A stretch of 39,663 bases of DNA from a virus: the UHGV virus genome UHGV-1361890. One strand, 5' to 3'. Numbering within the stretch: the stretch's first letter is position 1; each line of letters starts with the position of its first letter. A model generated the notes under the pieces. That model saw nothing but the letters and a program-made list of their open reading frames with translations. It searched no databases and had not been told where the DNA came from. A program made the translations under genes and the position numbers. Of the stretch, positions 16,660 to 26,546 are shown in pieces.

Positions 16660-17923
16660 GAAAAAACTATCAGAATTATTACCGAAAAAATTTCATTCGG
16701 TATGGAGAGCCACTCTTAATTCGGACATACTCAATATTGTTTGTAAGGGTGGACGTGGTTCTGGTAAATCATCAGATATCGCACATATTATTACTCAATT
16801 ACTTATGAGGTATGCTGTCAATGCGGTTGGCATTCGATATGTTGATAATACATTAGAACAATCAATCTACGAGCAAATGAAGTGGGCGATTGAACAGCAA
16901 GGGGTAACGCATCTATTTAAATTTAATAAATCGCCGTTGAGAATCACATACATACCTCGTGGTAATTATATGATTTTCAGAGGTGCCCAAAATCCTGAAA
17001 GAATCAAGTCTTTAAAAGATAGTCGGTTCCCGTTTGCGATTGGCTGGATTGAGGAGTTAGGCGAGTTTAAAACTGAAGATGAAGTAACGACCATTACCAA
17101 TTCACTTTTACGTGGTGAATTAGGAAATGGTCTTTTTTATAAATTCTTTTTCAGCTACAACCCGCCAAAACGTCGACAATCTTGGGTGAACAAAAAATAT
17201 GAATCTAGTTTCCAACCTGAGAATACATTTGTTCATCACTCTACTTATAAAGATAATCCTTTTATTTCGAGAGAATTCTTGAAAGAAGTGGAGGCAGCAA
17301 GAGATAGAAATCCTTTGCGTGCTAGATGGGAATACGATGGTGAAGCAATCGGTTCTGGAGTAGTTCCATTCAGTAATCTAAAAGTGGAGAAAGGCTGTAT
17401 AACTGATGAAATGGTTGCTAACTTTGATAATATCAGAAACGGTCTTGACTTCGGTTATGCTACTGATCCGCTAGCATTTGTTAGATGGCACTACGATAAG
17501 AAAAAGAATGGCATCTATGCTGTTGATGAAATCTATGGAGTGAAAGTCAGTAATCGTGAGTTTGCCCAAAAGGCGAAAGCAAAAGGTTATCAGTCTGATC
17601 GTATTGCATCGGATTCAGCAGAACCTAAATCCATAGCAGAATTGAACAATGAACACGGAATGAGCCACGTATTTGGGGTTAAAAAAGGCCCCGACTCTGT
17701 GCAGTATGGCGAGGAATGGTTGGATGATTTGGATTTTATTTGTATCGACCCACTAAGAACTCCCAATATAGCCAAAGAGTTTGAAAACATTGATTATCAG
17801 ACGGATAAAGATGGCAATCCTAAGCCAAGGCTTGAAGATAAAGATAACCACACAATCGATGCAACAAGATACGCTTTTAGCGAAGATATGGAGAAAAATA
17901 ATGTGAGTTTCATTAAATTTTAG
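16628..17923 (+). CDS. terL: Terminase large subunit (PBSX/Terminase_3 type); the real start is probably an ATG at 16646-16652
   Basis: Walker A motif NIVCKGGRGSGKSS. 431 aa. Overlaps the end of terS. Confidence 0.85.
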   Translation: MLMISVMMMVKKKLSELLPKKFHSVWRATLNSDILNIVCKGGRGSGKSSDIAHIITQLLMRYAVNAVGIRYVDNTLEQSIYEQMKWAIEQQGVTHLFKFNKSPLRITYIPRGNYMIFRGAQNPERIKSLKDSRFPFAIGWIEELGEFKTEDEVTTITNSLLRGELGNGLFYKFFFSYNPPKRRQSWVNKKYESSFQPENTFVHHSTYKDNPFISREFLKEVEAARDRNPLRARWEYDGEAIGSGVVPFSNLKVEKGCITDEMVANFDNIRNGLDFGYATDPLAFVRWHYDKKKNGIYAVDEIYGVKVSNREFAQKAKAKGYQSDRIASDSAEPKSIAELNNEHGMSHVFGVKKGPDSVQYGEEWLDDLDFICIDPLRTPNIAKEFENIDYQTDKDGNPKPRLEDKDNHTIDATRYAFSEDMEKNNVSFIKF

Positions 17924-17935
17924 GAGGTGGAATGA

Positions 17936-19411
17936 TTGTTCCAAAGTGATTTAACGTTGAGTCGATATAAAAGATTACGAACGAAATATTCTACGCAAAT
18001 AAACGAAGAGCTGTTTGATCCAAATGACTTTATAACAGAGATGAAGCCATTTTTTGATGACAGAGAGCGTAAATACAAAGCTTATACAAGTGAAGAAAAT
18101 GAGATTGATAGCAGACCTAAACCAAACACAAAAATTATAAAAGTGAATAATAAACTTCACGCTGGCTTATACAACACCATTGTTGATCAAGCAGCTGATC
18201 ATTTCACAGGTATCCCAGTTAAATGGGATTATGATATTACAGAACAAAGAAAGTCCTTAATTCAAAAAACAAAGGATTTATTTTTAGGTAACGTCAGCGC
18301 GAAAATTAAAACACCTAAAGAATTCGATAGACTAGCAGAATTAGTTAAAGAAATGCGATTCGCAATGTTGGATTCGGACACGGCACGATATCAAGGCGCT
18401 TGTGGGGTGGCTTTTCGTTTGTTAGAACCCGTTAAAACTGAGGGCGAGTGGCAATTGTGGGCATGTAATGTTGAGCCGTGGAGAGCCGAAAAATATGAGA
18501 ATGCAGATATTTTCATTCGAGAGAAATATGACACACACCAAAAGAAATTTTTCGAAGAAATGAAAGTTGTTACTAAGAAAAAAATCTTAACGTATAACAG
18601 ATACGTGGAAACGAATTTAATGAATGCGGCTGAAACATTTAAATTGACATCAGAAACTGACAACCCTCTAGAAACGTTCTACCTATCAGAATTTAAAAAC
18701 AACACGAATCGTTATTGTGATTTTGAAGTAGCGGAGGAACTTTCTGATGCATTTGATAGAAGCCTGTCAGACCAACAAAACGAAGTTGAACAGTTTAAAC
18801 TTGCTTACATGGCCATTAGTGGCTCGCGATTGGATGAAAAAGAAGCACGAAGAATGATGGAGCAATTAGGTATTATTAACTTGCCAGATCCACAAGCTAA
18901 GGTTGGCTACGTAACGAAAGATATTAACAAAGATTTCAACGAGTATCATCTTAATCAGCTGAAAAAGCTTTACTACACAGTCACTAAGTCAATCGACTTC
19001 AACGATGAAGTATTTAAATCTAATAGCTCTGGTGAAGCTCGCAAGTGGCAAATAATAGCACTAGAAGCCAAAACAAACACGAAAGAACAGTACTTTAAAG
19101 AAGGATTAAAAGAAGTTGCAGAGACGATGGCAGCTTTTATAAAATTTAACGATAAATTAGAAGTAGATGTTTCTAAAATTGTGTTTACGTTTAGTCGTAG
19201 TTTACCAACCGATATTGGATATCTTGCTGAGGCGTTACCTAAATTAGCACCTTATGTATCAAAACGTACTATCATTAATCAAATTCCATTCGTTAAAGAT
19301 CCAGATTACGAGGCGGACATGATGAATTTAGAACAAGGGCAAAACTATCCAAGTGGGGAATACGGCAAGCTAGGCGGTGCGGATAATGACGAAGAAGAAA
19401 ACAACGGCTAG
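17936..19411 (+). CDS. Portal protein (SPP1 gp6-like)
   Basis: 491 aa, placed directly after terL. TTG start with an RBS GGAGGTGG. Confidence 0.7.
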   Translation: MFQSDLTLSRYKRLRTKYSTQINEELFDPNDFITEMKPFFDDRERKYKAYTSEENEIDSRPKPNTKIIKVNNKLHAGLYNTIVDQAADHFTGIPVKWDYDITEQRKSLIQKTKDLFLGNVSAKIKTPKEFDRLAELVKEMRFAMLDSDTARYQGACGVAFRLLEPVKTEGEWQLWACNVEPWRAEKYENADIFIREKYDTHQKKFFEEMKVVTKKKILTYNRYVETNLMNAAETFKLTSETDNPLETFYLSEFKNNTNRYCDFEVAEELSDAFDRSLSDQQNEVEQFKLAYMAISGSRLDEKEARRMMEQLGIINLPDPQAKVGYVTKDINKDFNEYHLNQLKKLYYTVTKSIDFNDEVFKSNSSGEARKWQIIALEAKTNTKEQYFKEGLKEVAETMAAFIKFNDKLEVDVSKIVFTFSRSLPTDIGYLAEALPKLAPYVSKRTIINQIPFVKDPDYEADMMNLEQGQNYPSGEYGKLGGADNDEEENNG

Positions 19412-21170
19412 TGAACGTTATTGGGAAAAACGCCGAGAATTAGAAGACAAAGCACGTTTGAAACTAGAAAAGAAAACTCTTAGTGAGCTTGAATCAGTTT
19501 TTGAACGTGCTTTAGTTAAAATTCAACGACAGCTATTGTCGCAAGCGGATTTACACGACATCACACAAAGCGAAATGCTAGAAGACTTTAGCAAACGAGA
19601 CCAAGAAAAGTACCGCAAGTACATTGAGAAAAACTATGAAAAGTTGATGGAGTCTGACGAAGCTTATAAGCAATTCATAGATGAGTATTTTCCATCTTAC
19701 GACTATGCCAAGGTCAATCGCCTATTGCAATTACGAGCAGACATTTTTTCTACTCTTGCAGGTGAAGCGATATCTAGTGATGTCAATGGTAAATTTAATA
19801 ACGACTTAGAAAATATTACAAAACGAATCTATAATTCTAATTCTAATGCGTTGATGCAATTATTAGGCGGCTCTGCTCCTGGTTTATCAAAAAAAGAGCT
19901 GGAAAACATTCTGAACTATCCGTGGAGCGGAAAAACTTTTTCATCTCGTTTGTGGGGCAATATTTCAAGTTTAGAGCAACGTCTAAGTAATTCTATTATT
20001 AATTCGTTAGCAAGTGGTGGAGGGGTTGTGGAAGCTCTTAAAACGATGAAAAATGATGGTGTTATTAGTGGCATGTTTAAGTTGGAACAAAGAAAGTTTA
20101 ATCGATCGATTGAAAATCTTGTTAGAACGGAATATTCCCATTTTGCTGTAGAGGGCATTAGAGAATCATTTAGAGGGGCTAACGTTAAAGAATCAGAAAG
20201 TTGGTCTGCAGAAGATGAACGAGTTTGTTCCATTTGTGGCGGATTTCATGGCCAATTAATTAAGAATGAACATCCTCCCTACCACACGTTGTGCAGATGC
20301 ACAGAAATACCAAGAATTCCAGAAATAAGCGATGATATTGACGCTTTGTATGAAGAAATGTTCGGTGATCTGTTAGACGAATTCGCAAGTGATCAGTGGG
20401 GTGTTAAGTTGAATCATCCGCAAGTGTCTATAAAAACTAGTATCTTTGATAAAACAAATATGGCAAAATCAATTGGTGAAGAGAACTATTTGAAGTTTAT
20501 AGAAAGTTTAGATTCTATAGATAATACTCAAATTAAAGAACTGCTAAATCGTTTAGGGAATCGCTTCAATTTTAAAGACATTTCAGAATCAAAAAGCTTT
20601 GTTAATGGTAATGATATACAATTATCAAAAGAAGCGTTTGACGGCACTAAAAATAAAACTCAAATGCAAGTAGTATTTCATGAACTGGGTCATGCTATAG
20701 ATAATATCGGTGTGGAAATGTTAGACAGTGATTTTGATCGCATATCTGTAATGCCAGAATATAAATTAAAAAATGCAATAAAAAAAGATTTATTAAACGT
20801 TTTCAATAATGATTTAAAAGAAGCAAATGGAGATAATTATCAACAAGTCAAAAATCTAAAAAAACTTTCTGTTTTTGATCAAAGTGCTATAGTTAGAAAA
20901 TATAAGAAACTATCTGAAATATCTCCGAAAGCATACTCTGCATTGTCAGATATGATGGAATCCACAGGTGGTTTTATAGATCACCCGTTAGGATTTGGGC
21001 ACGGAACTAAATACTGGAAAGCATACGGAATGCAAGAAACAGAATTTTTTGCTCATATGACTGAAACCGTTGTTAACAAAGAAGCTAAAAAAATGATGTA
21101 CGAAGTCTTTCCAACAGCATCGAAAATATGGGAAAATATGTTAGATGACATCTTAAAGGCGGTGAAATAA
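19386..21170 (+). CDS. Minor head/head-morphogenesis protein (SPP1 gp7/Mu F family) fused to a C-terminal extension of about 280 aa with an HExxH metallopeptidase-like motif
   Basis: The MuF signature CSICGGFHGQLIKNEHPPYHTLCRCT is followed by a long extension containing QVVFHELGHAIDN. At 597 aa it is about twice the usual gp7 size. Confidence 0.65.
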   Translation: MTKKKTTASERYWEKRRELEDKARLKLEKKTLSELESVFERALVKIQRQLLSQADLHDITQSEMLEDFSKRDQEKYRKYIEKNYEKLMESDEAYKQFIDEYFPSYDYAKVNRLLQLRADIFSTLAGEAISSDVNGKFNNDLENITKRIYNSNSNALMQLLGGSAPGLSKKELENILNYPWSGKTFSSRLWGNISSLEQRLSNSIINSLASGGGVVEALKTMKNDGVISGMFKLEQRKFNRSIENLVRTEYSHFAVEGIRESFRGANVKESESWSAEDERVCSICGGFHGQLIKNEHPPYHTLCRCTEIPRIPEISDDIDALYEEMFGDLLDEFASDQWGVKLNHPQVSIKTSIFDKTNMAKSIGEENYLKFIESLDSIDNTQIKELLNRLGNRFNFKDISESKSFVNGNDIQLSKEAFDGTKNKTQMQVVFHELGHAIDNIGVEMLDSDFDRISVMPEYKLKNAIKKDLLNVFNNDLKEANGDNYQQVKNLKKLSVFDQSAIVRKYKKLSEISPKAYSALSDMMESTGGFIDHPLGFGHGTKYWKAYGMQETEFFAHMTETVVNKEAKKMMYEVFPTASKIWENMLDDILKAVK

Positions 21171-21401
21171 ATGTTCAGTTGCGAAGAGGGTGCATGGTCT
21201 ATTATTGATGCTGCAATTAAAAAGTATGAACAACATTTTCATGATGAGTTTCCAATATATGAATATATCGATGTAACAAAGAGTGATGACTTCGATTTTT
21301 CTATTCCAGGTGCTAAAAGATTAGCGATACTCATCGATAAGCATATTAAAGAAAATGAATTGGTCCACGTCCCGTCAGATTACCATAGCAGACTTTACTA
21401 A
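21171..21401 (+). CDS. Small protein immediately downstream of the MuF fusion, a candidate cognate immunity protein
   Basis: 76 aa. The ATG directly abuts the MuF stop. A hairpin terminator follows. Confidence 0.4.
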   Translation: MFSCEEGAWSIIDAAIKKYEQHFHDEFPIYEYIDVTKSDDFDFSIPGAKRLAILIDKHIKENELVHVPSDYHSRLY

Positions 21402-21435
21402 GCACTTAAAGGATAACTTTGAGTGCTATTTTTAT
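21401..21435 (+). terminator. Hairpin AGCACT-N15-AGTGCT followed by ATTTTTAT
   Basis: Read directly. The stem is short (6 bp). Confidence 0.35.
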
Positions 21436-21457
21436 ACCCTAAATTGGAGGTGAGGTT

Positions 21458-21778
21458 ATGAAAGGATTATTCGAAGCAGTGTTGAATCTAGACGTTTTCA
21501 ACGGTACAGAAAAGGCCTATAAAAAAGCTTTTGAACAAGAAAACGAACGATACTTAACCAAACACACTTTGAGAGACGGCAACGGTAATATCGTCAAAGA
21601 TGAGCTTAAATCAGTTTGGGGTGGTAATTATTGTCACGTTGATATTTTGTATTCGTTACCAGGTAAAAAAAGTAAATTAACTATTTCGATTGTGTCTAGG
21701 ACTCTACAAAATGTAAAAGATGCTGTCACTGATTATCAAATGCTAGGCGCTGAACTGGTCCATAAGAATTGGGAGTGA
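21458..21778 (+). CDS. Hypothetical protein (cargo between head-morphogenesis and scaffold genes)
   Basis: 106 aa with a strong RBS GGAGGTGAGG. Confidence 0.45.
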   Translation: MKGLFEAVLNLDVFNGTEKAYKKAFEQENERYLTKHTLRDGNGNIVKDELKSVWGGNYCHVDILYSLPGKKSKLTISIVSRTLQNVKDAVTDYQMLGAELVHKNWE

Positions 21779-21895
21779 TTAGATGGATCCCTATGATTAT
21801 TTAGATGCAGACTATGAAGAGCATTTACTAAGAGAAGAAGAGCAACTAAAGTCTGACGAAAGTTAGGCTTTTTATTTTGTCCGAAATGACGGTAA

Positions 21896-21982
21896 ACTAG
21901 CGCAATGCTGGGCTTAATTGAATGGTGGGGCGCAATAAATAAATCTAAAGCAATGCGGGGCGTGCAAACGAATCGTGGGGCG
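21896..21982 (+). promoter_or_regulatory. GC-rich repeat cluster (GCAATGC[T/G]GGGC x2; [T/C]GGGGCG x3) immediately upstream of the scaffold gene
   Basis: GCAATGC at 21901 and 21949. TGGGGCG at 21925 and 21975. CGGGGCG at 21955. Confidence 0.4.
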
Positions 21983-21996
21983 AAAGGAGAAACAAA

Positions 21997-22626
21997 ATGA
22001 AAACAAAAAAATTATTACCAATGAATTTGCAGATGTTTGCTGATGGTGGGGGAAATGAATCAGAGTTCACTATTGATGATTTTAAAGCATTTGTCGAATC
22101 GAATGAAGATGCACAGAAATTCATTCAATCTCAATCACAAAGTGCTGCAGACAAACAATTAGAAGCTTGGAAACAGAATAACCTTGATAAGCTAAAACAG
22201 GAAGCTGTGAAGCAATATGAAGAAGCTAAAAAGAACAAAACACCAGAACAGCTAGAACTTGAGAAATTAAAAGCTGAGTTTGAAGCAGAGAAAGCTAAGA
22301 GCCGTTCGAATGAAAATAAAGCTTTTGTAGCTGAACAAATTGCAGGATTAGAGCTTGATAAAGAGTTGAAAGATTCAGTTTCCCAGTTCATGTTGAACAC
22401 TTTAGTTAGTTCAGATACAGAATTCACACAGAAAGCTGTAGAAGCGTTCACAGGCGTTTTAGGAACAATCAACGAGAAGCATGCAGAAGCCATCAAAAAC
22501 ATGGAAATGGGTAAAGCTTTTGGTAATAAGCAGCAACAAACTAATGCGGCTAATGGTAATCAGTCAACGCAACCGATTGAAAATCCTAAAGAAGCATTAG
22601 GGCAAAAATTACAAGCATTCAATTAG
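21997..22626 (+). CDS. Scaffolding protein
   Basis: N-terminal motif MNLQMFADGG. The sequence is a coiled-coil rich in A/E/K/Q. Located upstream of the capsid gene. Confidence 0.7.
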   Translation: MKTKKLLPMNLQMFADGGGNESEFTIDDFKAFVESNEDAQKFIQSQSQSAADKQLEAWKQNNLDKLKQEAVKQYEEAKKNKTPEQLELEKLKAEFEAEKAKSRSNENKAFVAEQIAGLELDKELKDSVSQFMLNTLVSSDTEFTQKAVEAFTGVLGTINEKHAEAIKNMEMGKAFGNKQQQTNAANGNQSTQPIENPKEALGQKLQAFN

Positions 22627-22639
22627 GAGGAATTTATAA

Positions 22640-23542
22640 ATGAAAAAAACTACACTTAATAACCTTGAATATTTAGACATTTCACAAGAAATCAATGCGT
22701 TACAACGTCCGTCAACACCTTTTTTAAGCTGGCTATTAGGAGCTGGTAAAACTAGTCCAGCAACTTCTACGGAGATCAAATGGCGTGAATCAGAACTTGA
22801 TGGAGAAGATTCATCTGCACAATTAGAAGGCGGAGAATACAAAGATGCAGATTCAGGGCGTAAATGGTTCAATAATTACACTGAAATTTTCCGTAAATCT
22901 ACTTCTGTTTCAGGTACATTAGATGCTATCAATGTAAATGGCGTAGGTAGTGAATTAGCTAATCAAGTATCTCAACGTGCGTTAGAAATGAAGAGAGATT
23001 TAAACAAAAAACTTTTGATTGGTGTAAAAGCTGACGAAAATGGTACTAAAGGACGACAAATGGCTGGTGTAATTAACTTAATCAACTCTGATAACTTAGT
23101 TAAAACGTCTGCAGCTGATGCAGTAACACGTAAAGATGTGGATAAAATGTTTAAAACTATGTTTGACAAAGGTTATGCAGGAGAAAAACTATGTCTGGTT
23201 TCGACTGATATGGTTGATTTAATGACCGATGAAGTTGATAAAGCGGGCACTAAAGTGTTTAACTTTGGAGATCAAGTAGCTTTTGGATTGCAACTAGGGA
23301 AAATCGTTTCAAATTATGGATCAGGTACAGCTTTAATTGAACCGTCATTGCCAAGTGGAACAATGATTGCTTTAGATACAAACTATGTGGAGCTACGTCC
23401 GTTACGTGAATGGCGCGCAGAGGAATTAGCTAAAACAACTGATTCAAAACGTATTGGTTTAGTTGGTGAGTACACGATTGAATACAACGCTTCGAATTCA
23501 GGGGCAATCTTAAACCTTGCAACTGCAGCACCAGGTGAATAA
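22640..23542 (+). CDS. Major capsid protein
   Basis: 300 aa, following the scaffold. Strong RBS GGAGG. Confidence 0.7.
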   Translation: MKKTTLNNLEYLDISQEINALQRPSTPFLSWLLGAGKTSPATSTEIKWRESELDGEDSSAQLEGGEYKDADSGRKWFNNYTEIFRKSTSVSGTLDAINVNGVGSELANQVSQRALEMKRDLNKKLLIGVKADENGTKGRQMAGVINLINSDNLVKTSAADAVTRKDVDKMFKTMFDKGYAGEKLCLVSTDMVDLMTDEVDKAGTKVFNFGDQVAFGLQLGKIVSNYGSGTALIEPSLPSGTMIALDTNYVELRPLREWRAEELAKTTDSKRIGLVGEYTIEYNASNSGAILNLATAAPGE

Positions 23543-23565
23543 TTAAAAAGTAAAGGAGAATAATT

Positions 23566-23802
23566 ATGGTTAAAAAGTCAGAGGTCAAAGAAGAAGTAAT
23601 CGAAGAGACAAAAGAAGTAACTGAAGAAGTGAAACCTGCAACAAAAACATTCAAAGTTTTAAAAAATAAAAATTTTGTTGGTTTTGTTCATCCTGAAACA
23701 CGCAAATTTATTACAGCAGTTGACGGAAAAATCGAAGTGAGTGTTTCTGATAAAAAAGCTATTGCAATTTTAGAAGAAGCTGCAGATTTAACAGAAATTT
23801 AG
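23566..23802 (+). CDS. Small head-associated protein (hypothetical)
   Basis: 78 aa with an RBS AAAGGAG. Confidence 0.4.
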   Translation: MVKKSEVKEEVIEETKEVTEEVKPATKTFKVLKNKNFVGFVHPETRKFITAVDGKIEVSVSDKKAIAILEEAADLTEI

Positions 23803-23810
23803 GTGATTAT

Positions 23811-24155
23811 ATGACAGACGAACAAAAAAAAGTAATTATAGAAAAAGTTTCAAAAATGCTACCTAATGTTTCAAAAGAGCGTATTTCGTCTGTCTTAGAC
23901 CTAGTTCTTTTGGAAATCGGATCTTACAATACATGTAAGATTGAAATTGATTGGGATTTACTTACCTCGCTTGTAATTGAAATTCTATATCAGTCACTTA
24001 AAAGTGAAACGGAACAAGCTGTAACTAGCATTAAGCGCGGTGATACATCTATTAGCTATGCAACTACGCAGCAGAGTATAACAGCGTTGCTTGGCAATTA
24101 CAGCGACACTATTAAACGTTTAATTGGCTGTGATAGTGGGGTGTTTTTCTATTGA
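23811..24155 (+). CDS. Head-tail connector/DNA-packaging protein (gp6/gp15-like)
   Basis: 114 aa in the conserved position. Confidence 0.5.
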   Translation: MTDEQKKVIIEKVSKMLPNVSKERISSVLDLVLLEIGSYNTCKIEIDWDLLTSLVIEILYQSLKSETEQAVTSIKRGDTSISYATTQQSITALLGNYSDTIKRLIGCDSGVFFY

Positions 24156-24919
24156 ATGAAGCGGATATTTTGGCAATGACCTATCTTGATACTTGTGTTA
24201 TTGAAAGAATGGGTGATATCGAAAATCCTGAAACAGGTATTACGGAACAAGATTATTCACCAATTCATGATGGGAAGTTAAAATGCTCACTGTCTCAAAG
24301 TGGTCTGGGTAGCGCTGGAAGCTTACCAGTTGTTGAAAACAAAGGGACCGTTAATATCACTTACGAAGATCAAAAATTATTCTTAATGCCTGATGTAGAT
24401 GTGAAAAAGGCCGACAGAATCACGGTAATTCAAAGTACAGGTCAAAAGCATATTTTATTTGCAAAGAAACCCTTTAACTATCCAAGTCACATCGAAGTGA
24501 CATTGACAGGAAGTGAATCGATGAGTAAAAGTGATTTTAGAATGACCTCGAATGCTGACAAAGTTATTGCTAATTTAAAGAAAATGACACCAATTGCTGA
24601 AAAAGAAGGTATTGCGATGGTCAATGATTCCTTAGCGAAGATTTATCAGTTAATTGTACCTATTACGCCGATTAAAACAGGTGATTTAAGACGTGGATAC
24701 AGAATCATTAAAGCTAGAAAAACATCAAGTGGTAGAATCGTTGGCGCCTTAATTAACAATGAAAAATATTTCAAATATGTAAATGACGGACACAGAACGA
24801 AGAATGGTGGATTTGTAAAAGGGCGATTCATGTTGCAAAAGTCTTATAAATTAGCTCATGCAACTTATATTCCAAAACGATTTAAACAAATGGCGATTGT
24901 CATCGCGAAGAAAGGATAG
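24152..24919 (+). CDS. Head-closure plus HK97 gp10-like tail-component fusion (or two unresolved genes)
   Basis: The C-terminal half (GDLRRGYRI...NEKYFKYVNDGHRTKNGGFVKGRFML) resembles the HK97 gp10 family. An internal ATG lies near 24520. Confidence 0.45.
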   Translation: MNEADILAMTYLDTCVIERMGDIENPETGITEQDYSPIHDGKLKCSLSQSGLGSAGSLPVVENKGTVNITYEDQKLFLMPDVDVKKADRITVIQSTGQKHILFAKKPFNYPSHIEVTLTGSESMSKSDFRMTSNADKVIANLKKMTPIAEKEGIAMVNDSLAKIYQLIVPITPIKTGDLRRGYRIIKARKTSSGRIVGALINNEKYFKYVNDGHRTKNGGFVKGRFMLQKSYKLAHATYIPKRFKQMAIVIAKKG

Positions 24920-24922
24920 GGT

Positions 24923-25297
24923 ATGTACGATAAAATTTTAAAAATGCTTACGAGCAAAATAAAACAGTTCTCGAATGCACCTATCTATCTTGATGATGTG
25001 ATGCAATCGTCAGAACCGTTTTATTTTGTTTTAAGCGTAGAAGAAAGCATGACTGATAATGTTGGCCAAAACGTTCAGAATAAAGCATATAACGTTGATA
25101 TTGCGTTAGTTGATAGCAAGAAAAATAAACAATTAGTAACAAGCCTAACAGAAAACTGTGGGGCTTTTTTTAATGTCTTGAAATTAGATGGAAATGAATT
25201 GTTTTCGGAAGATTATCAGACATTTAAAACAGATGGAATTCAACATGTTAATTTTAATGTTGCTTTTCCTCAATTAATCGAATGGAGTGAAGAATAG
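24923..25297 (+). CDS. Tail completion/terminator-like protein
   Basis: 124 aa, lying between the connector genes and the major tail protein. Confidence 0.4.
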   Translation: MYDKILKMLTSKIKQFSNAPIYLDDVMQSSEPFYFVLSVEESMTDNVGQNVQNKAYNVDIALVDSKKNKQLVTSLTENCGAFFNVLKLDGNELFSEDYQTFKTDGIQHVNFNVAFPQLIEWSEE

Positions 25298-26140
25298 ATG
25301 GCAGTTAAAAAAAATGTAAGTGTCATTTCTGTGGAGAAACCAACCTGGTTCCCACTAACAGATGACACAGGTACTTTCCCAATCTACGGAGAGCCAACAA
25401 CAATCGGGACTGCAGTAAGTATTAAACCAGATGTTACAACAGAAACAACGCCTGACTATGGCGATAGTGTAGTTCAAGATCAGTACGTTGCATTTGGTGG
25501 TGCAGAAGTTACTTTGGAAACAAATGGATATCAAAATGAAGTTTTAGCTGAAATTACGGGTGGTGAAAAATTGAAAGGCGGTGTTTTACGATCCGCAGAT
25601 GATATTGCACCAGATGGAGCATTTGCTTATCGCCGTCGTAAATCAAATGGTAAATATCGCTACACAATTTTTTATAAAGGCAAATTTGCATTGACTTCTG
25701 ATGAATCATCAACTCTAGAAGGTAGTTCAGTATCTTACACTCATCCAGAGTGGACAGGTTCATTTGTTGATGTTCCTGGTGTCGGATACATGTATTCAGT
25801 CGATGAAGACGATGAAGGTGTTGACTTAGATATGATCAAAAATTGGTTTACTACGGTTACTAATCCACGTGAAGAGTCTACAAATCCTGTCAGTGGTGTA
25901 ACTTTAGATAAAACGGAATTAGTTCTAACCGTTGGTGAAACTGCAACTCTAACGCCAACAATCGTACCTGAAAACGCAACAAACAAAAACTATTCATTCA
26001 AATCAAATGATACTTCAATTGCAACAGTAACACCTGTGCAAGGAAAAGTTACAGCAGTAACAGCAGGAACCACAACTGTTGTTGTCACTACTGAAGATGG
26101 CAACCATACAGCTGAATGCAGCATAACAGTTAATGCATAA
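25298..26140 (+). CDS. Major tail protein with a C-terminal Big_2 (Ig-like) domain
   Basis: The C-terminus VSGVTLDKTELVLTVGETATLTPTIVPENATNKNYSFKSNDTSIATVTPVQGKVTAVTAGTTTV is a textbook Big_2 domain. Confidence 0.8.
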   Translation: MAVKKNVSVISVEKPTWFPLTDDTGTFPIYGEPTTIGTAVSIKPDVTTETTPDYGDSVVQDQYVAFGGAEVTLETNGYQNEVLAEITGGEKLKGGVLRSADDIAPDGAFAYRRRKSNGKYRYTIFYKGKFALTSDESSTLEGSSVSYTHPEWTGSFVDVPGVGYMYSVDEDDEGVDLDMIKNWFTTVTNPREESTNPVSGVTLDKTELVLTVGETATLTPTIVPENATNKNYSFKSNDTSIATVTPVQGKVTAVTAGTTTVVVTTEDGNHTAECSITVNA

Positions 26141-26192
26141 TAAAATTTAAGGACGGCCAAGTGTCGTCCTATTTATATGGAGGAATTAAAAA

Positions 26193-26546
26193 ATGGCAAG
26201 CAAATTACAAACGACAATTAAACTGTACTTGAAAGATGAAGAAGGAAATTTCACCTCTAAACAATTCAAATCTGCTGAAATGTTACCAGGGTCTGTCATG
26301 GAAGATGCAACAGAATTACAAGTAGAACTAGAAGAAATCGTCAAAACAAACGACATGGAGGAAATTCGGCCTGTTTTGCGTAAATGTTATGATTTTATCG
26401 CAAAAGTTATTTTTGAAGGTCAATTTACGGGCCAAGAATTTCTTGACGGAATGGATGCACGCGAAATTTTAAAAATTACGGGTCAACTATTAGGGTCTGT
26501 TTCTAGCGGTTATGATGCAGTTTATTCTGATCAGAAAAAAAAGTAA
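26193..26546 (+). CDS. Tail assembly chaperone (gpG-like)
   Basis: 117 aa, acidic. Located upstream of the tape-measure gene. Ends at the slippery A-run. Confidence 0.7.
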   Translation: MASKLQTTIKLYLKDEEGNFTSKQFKSAEMLPGSVMEDATELQVELEEIVKTNDMEEIRPVLRKCYDFIAKVIFEGQFTGQEFLDGMDAREILKITGQLLGSVSSGYDAVYSDQKKK

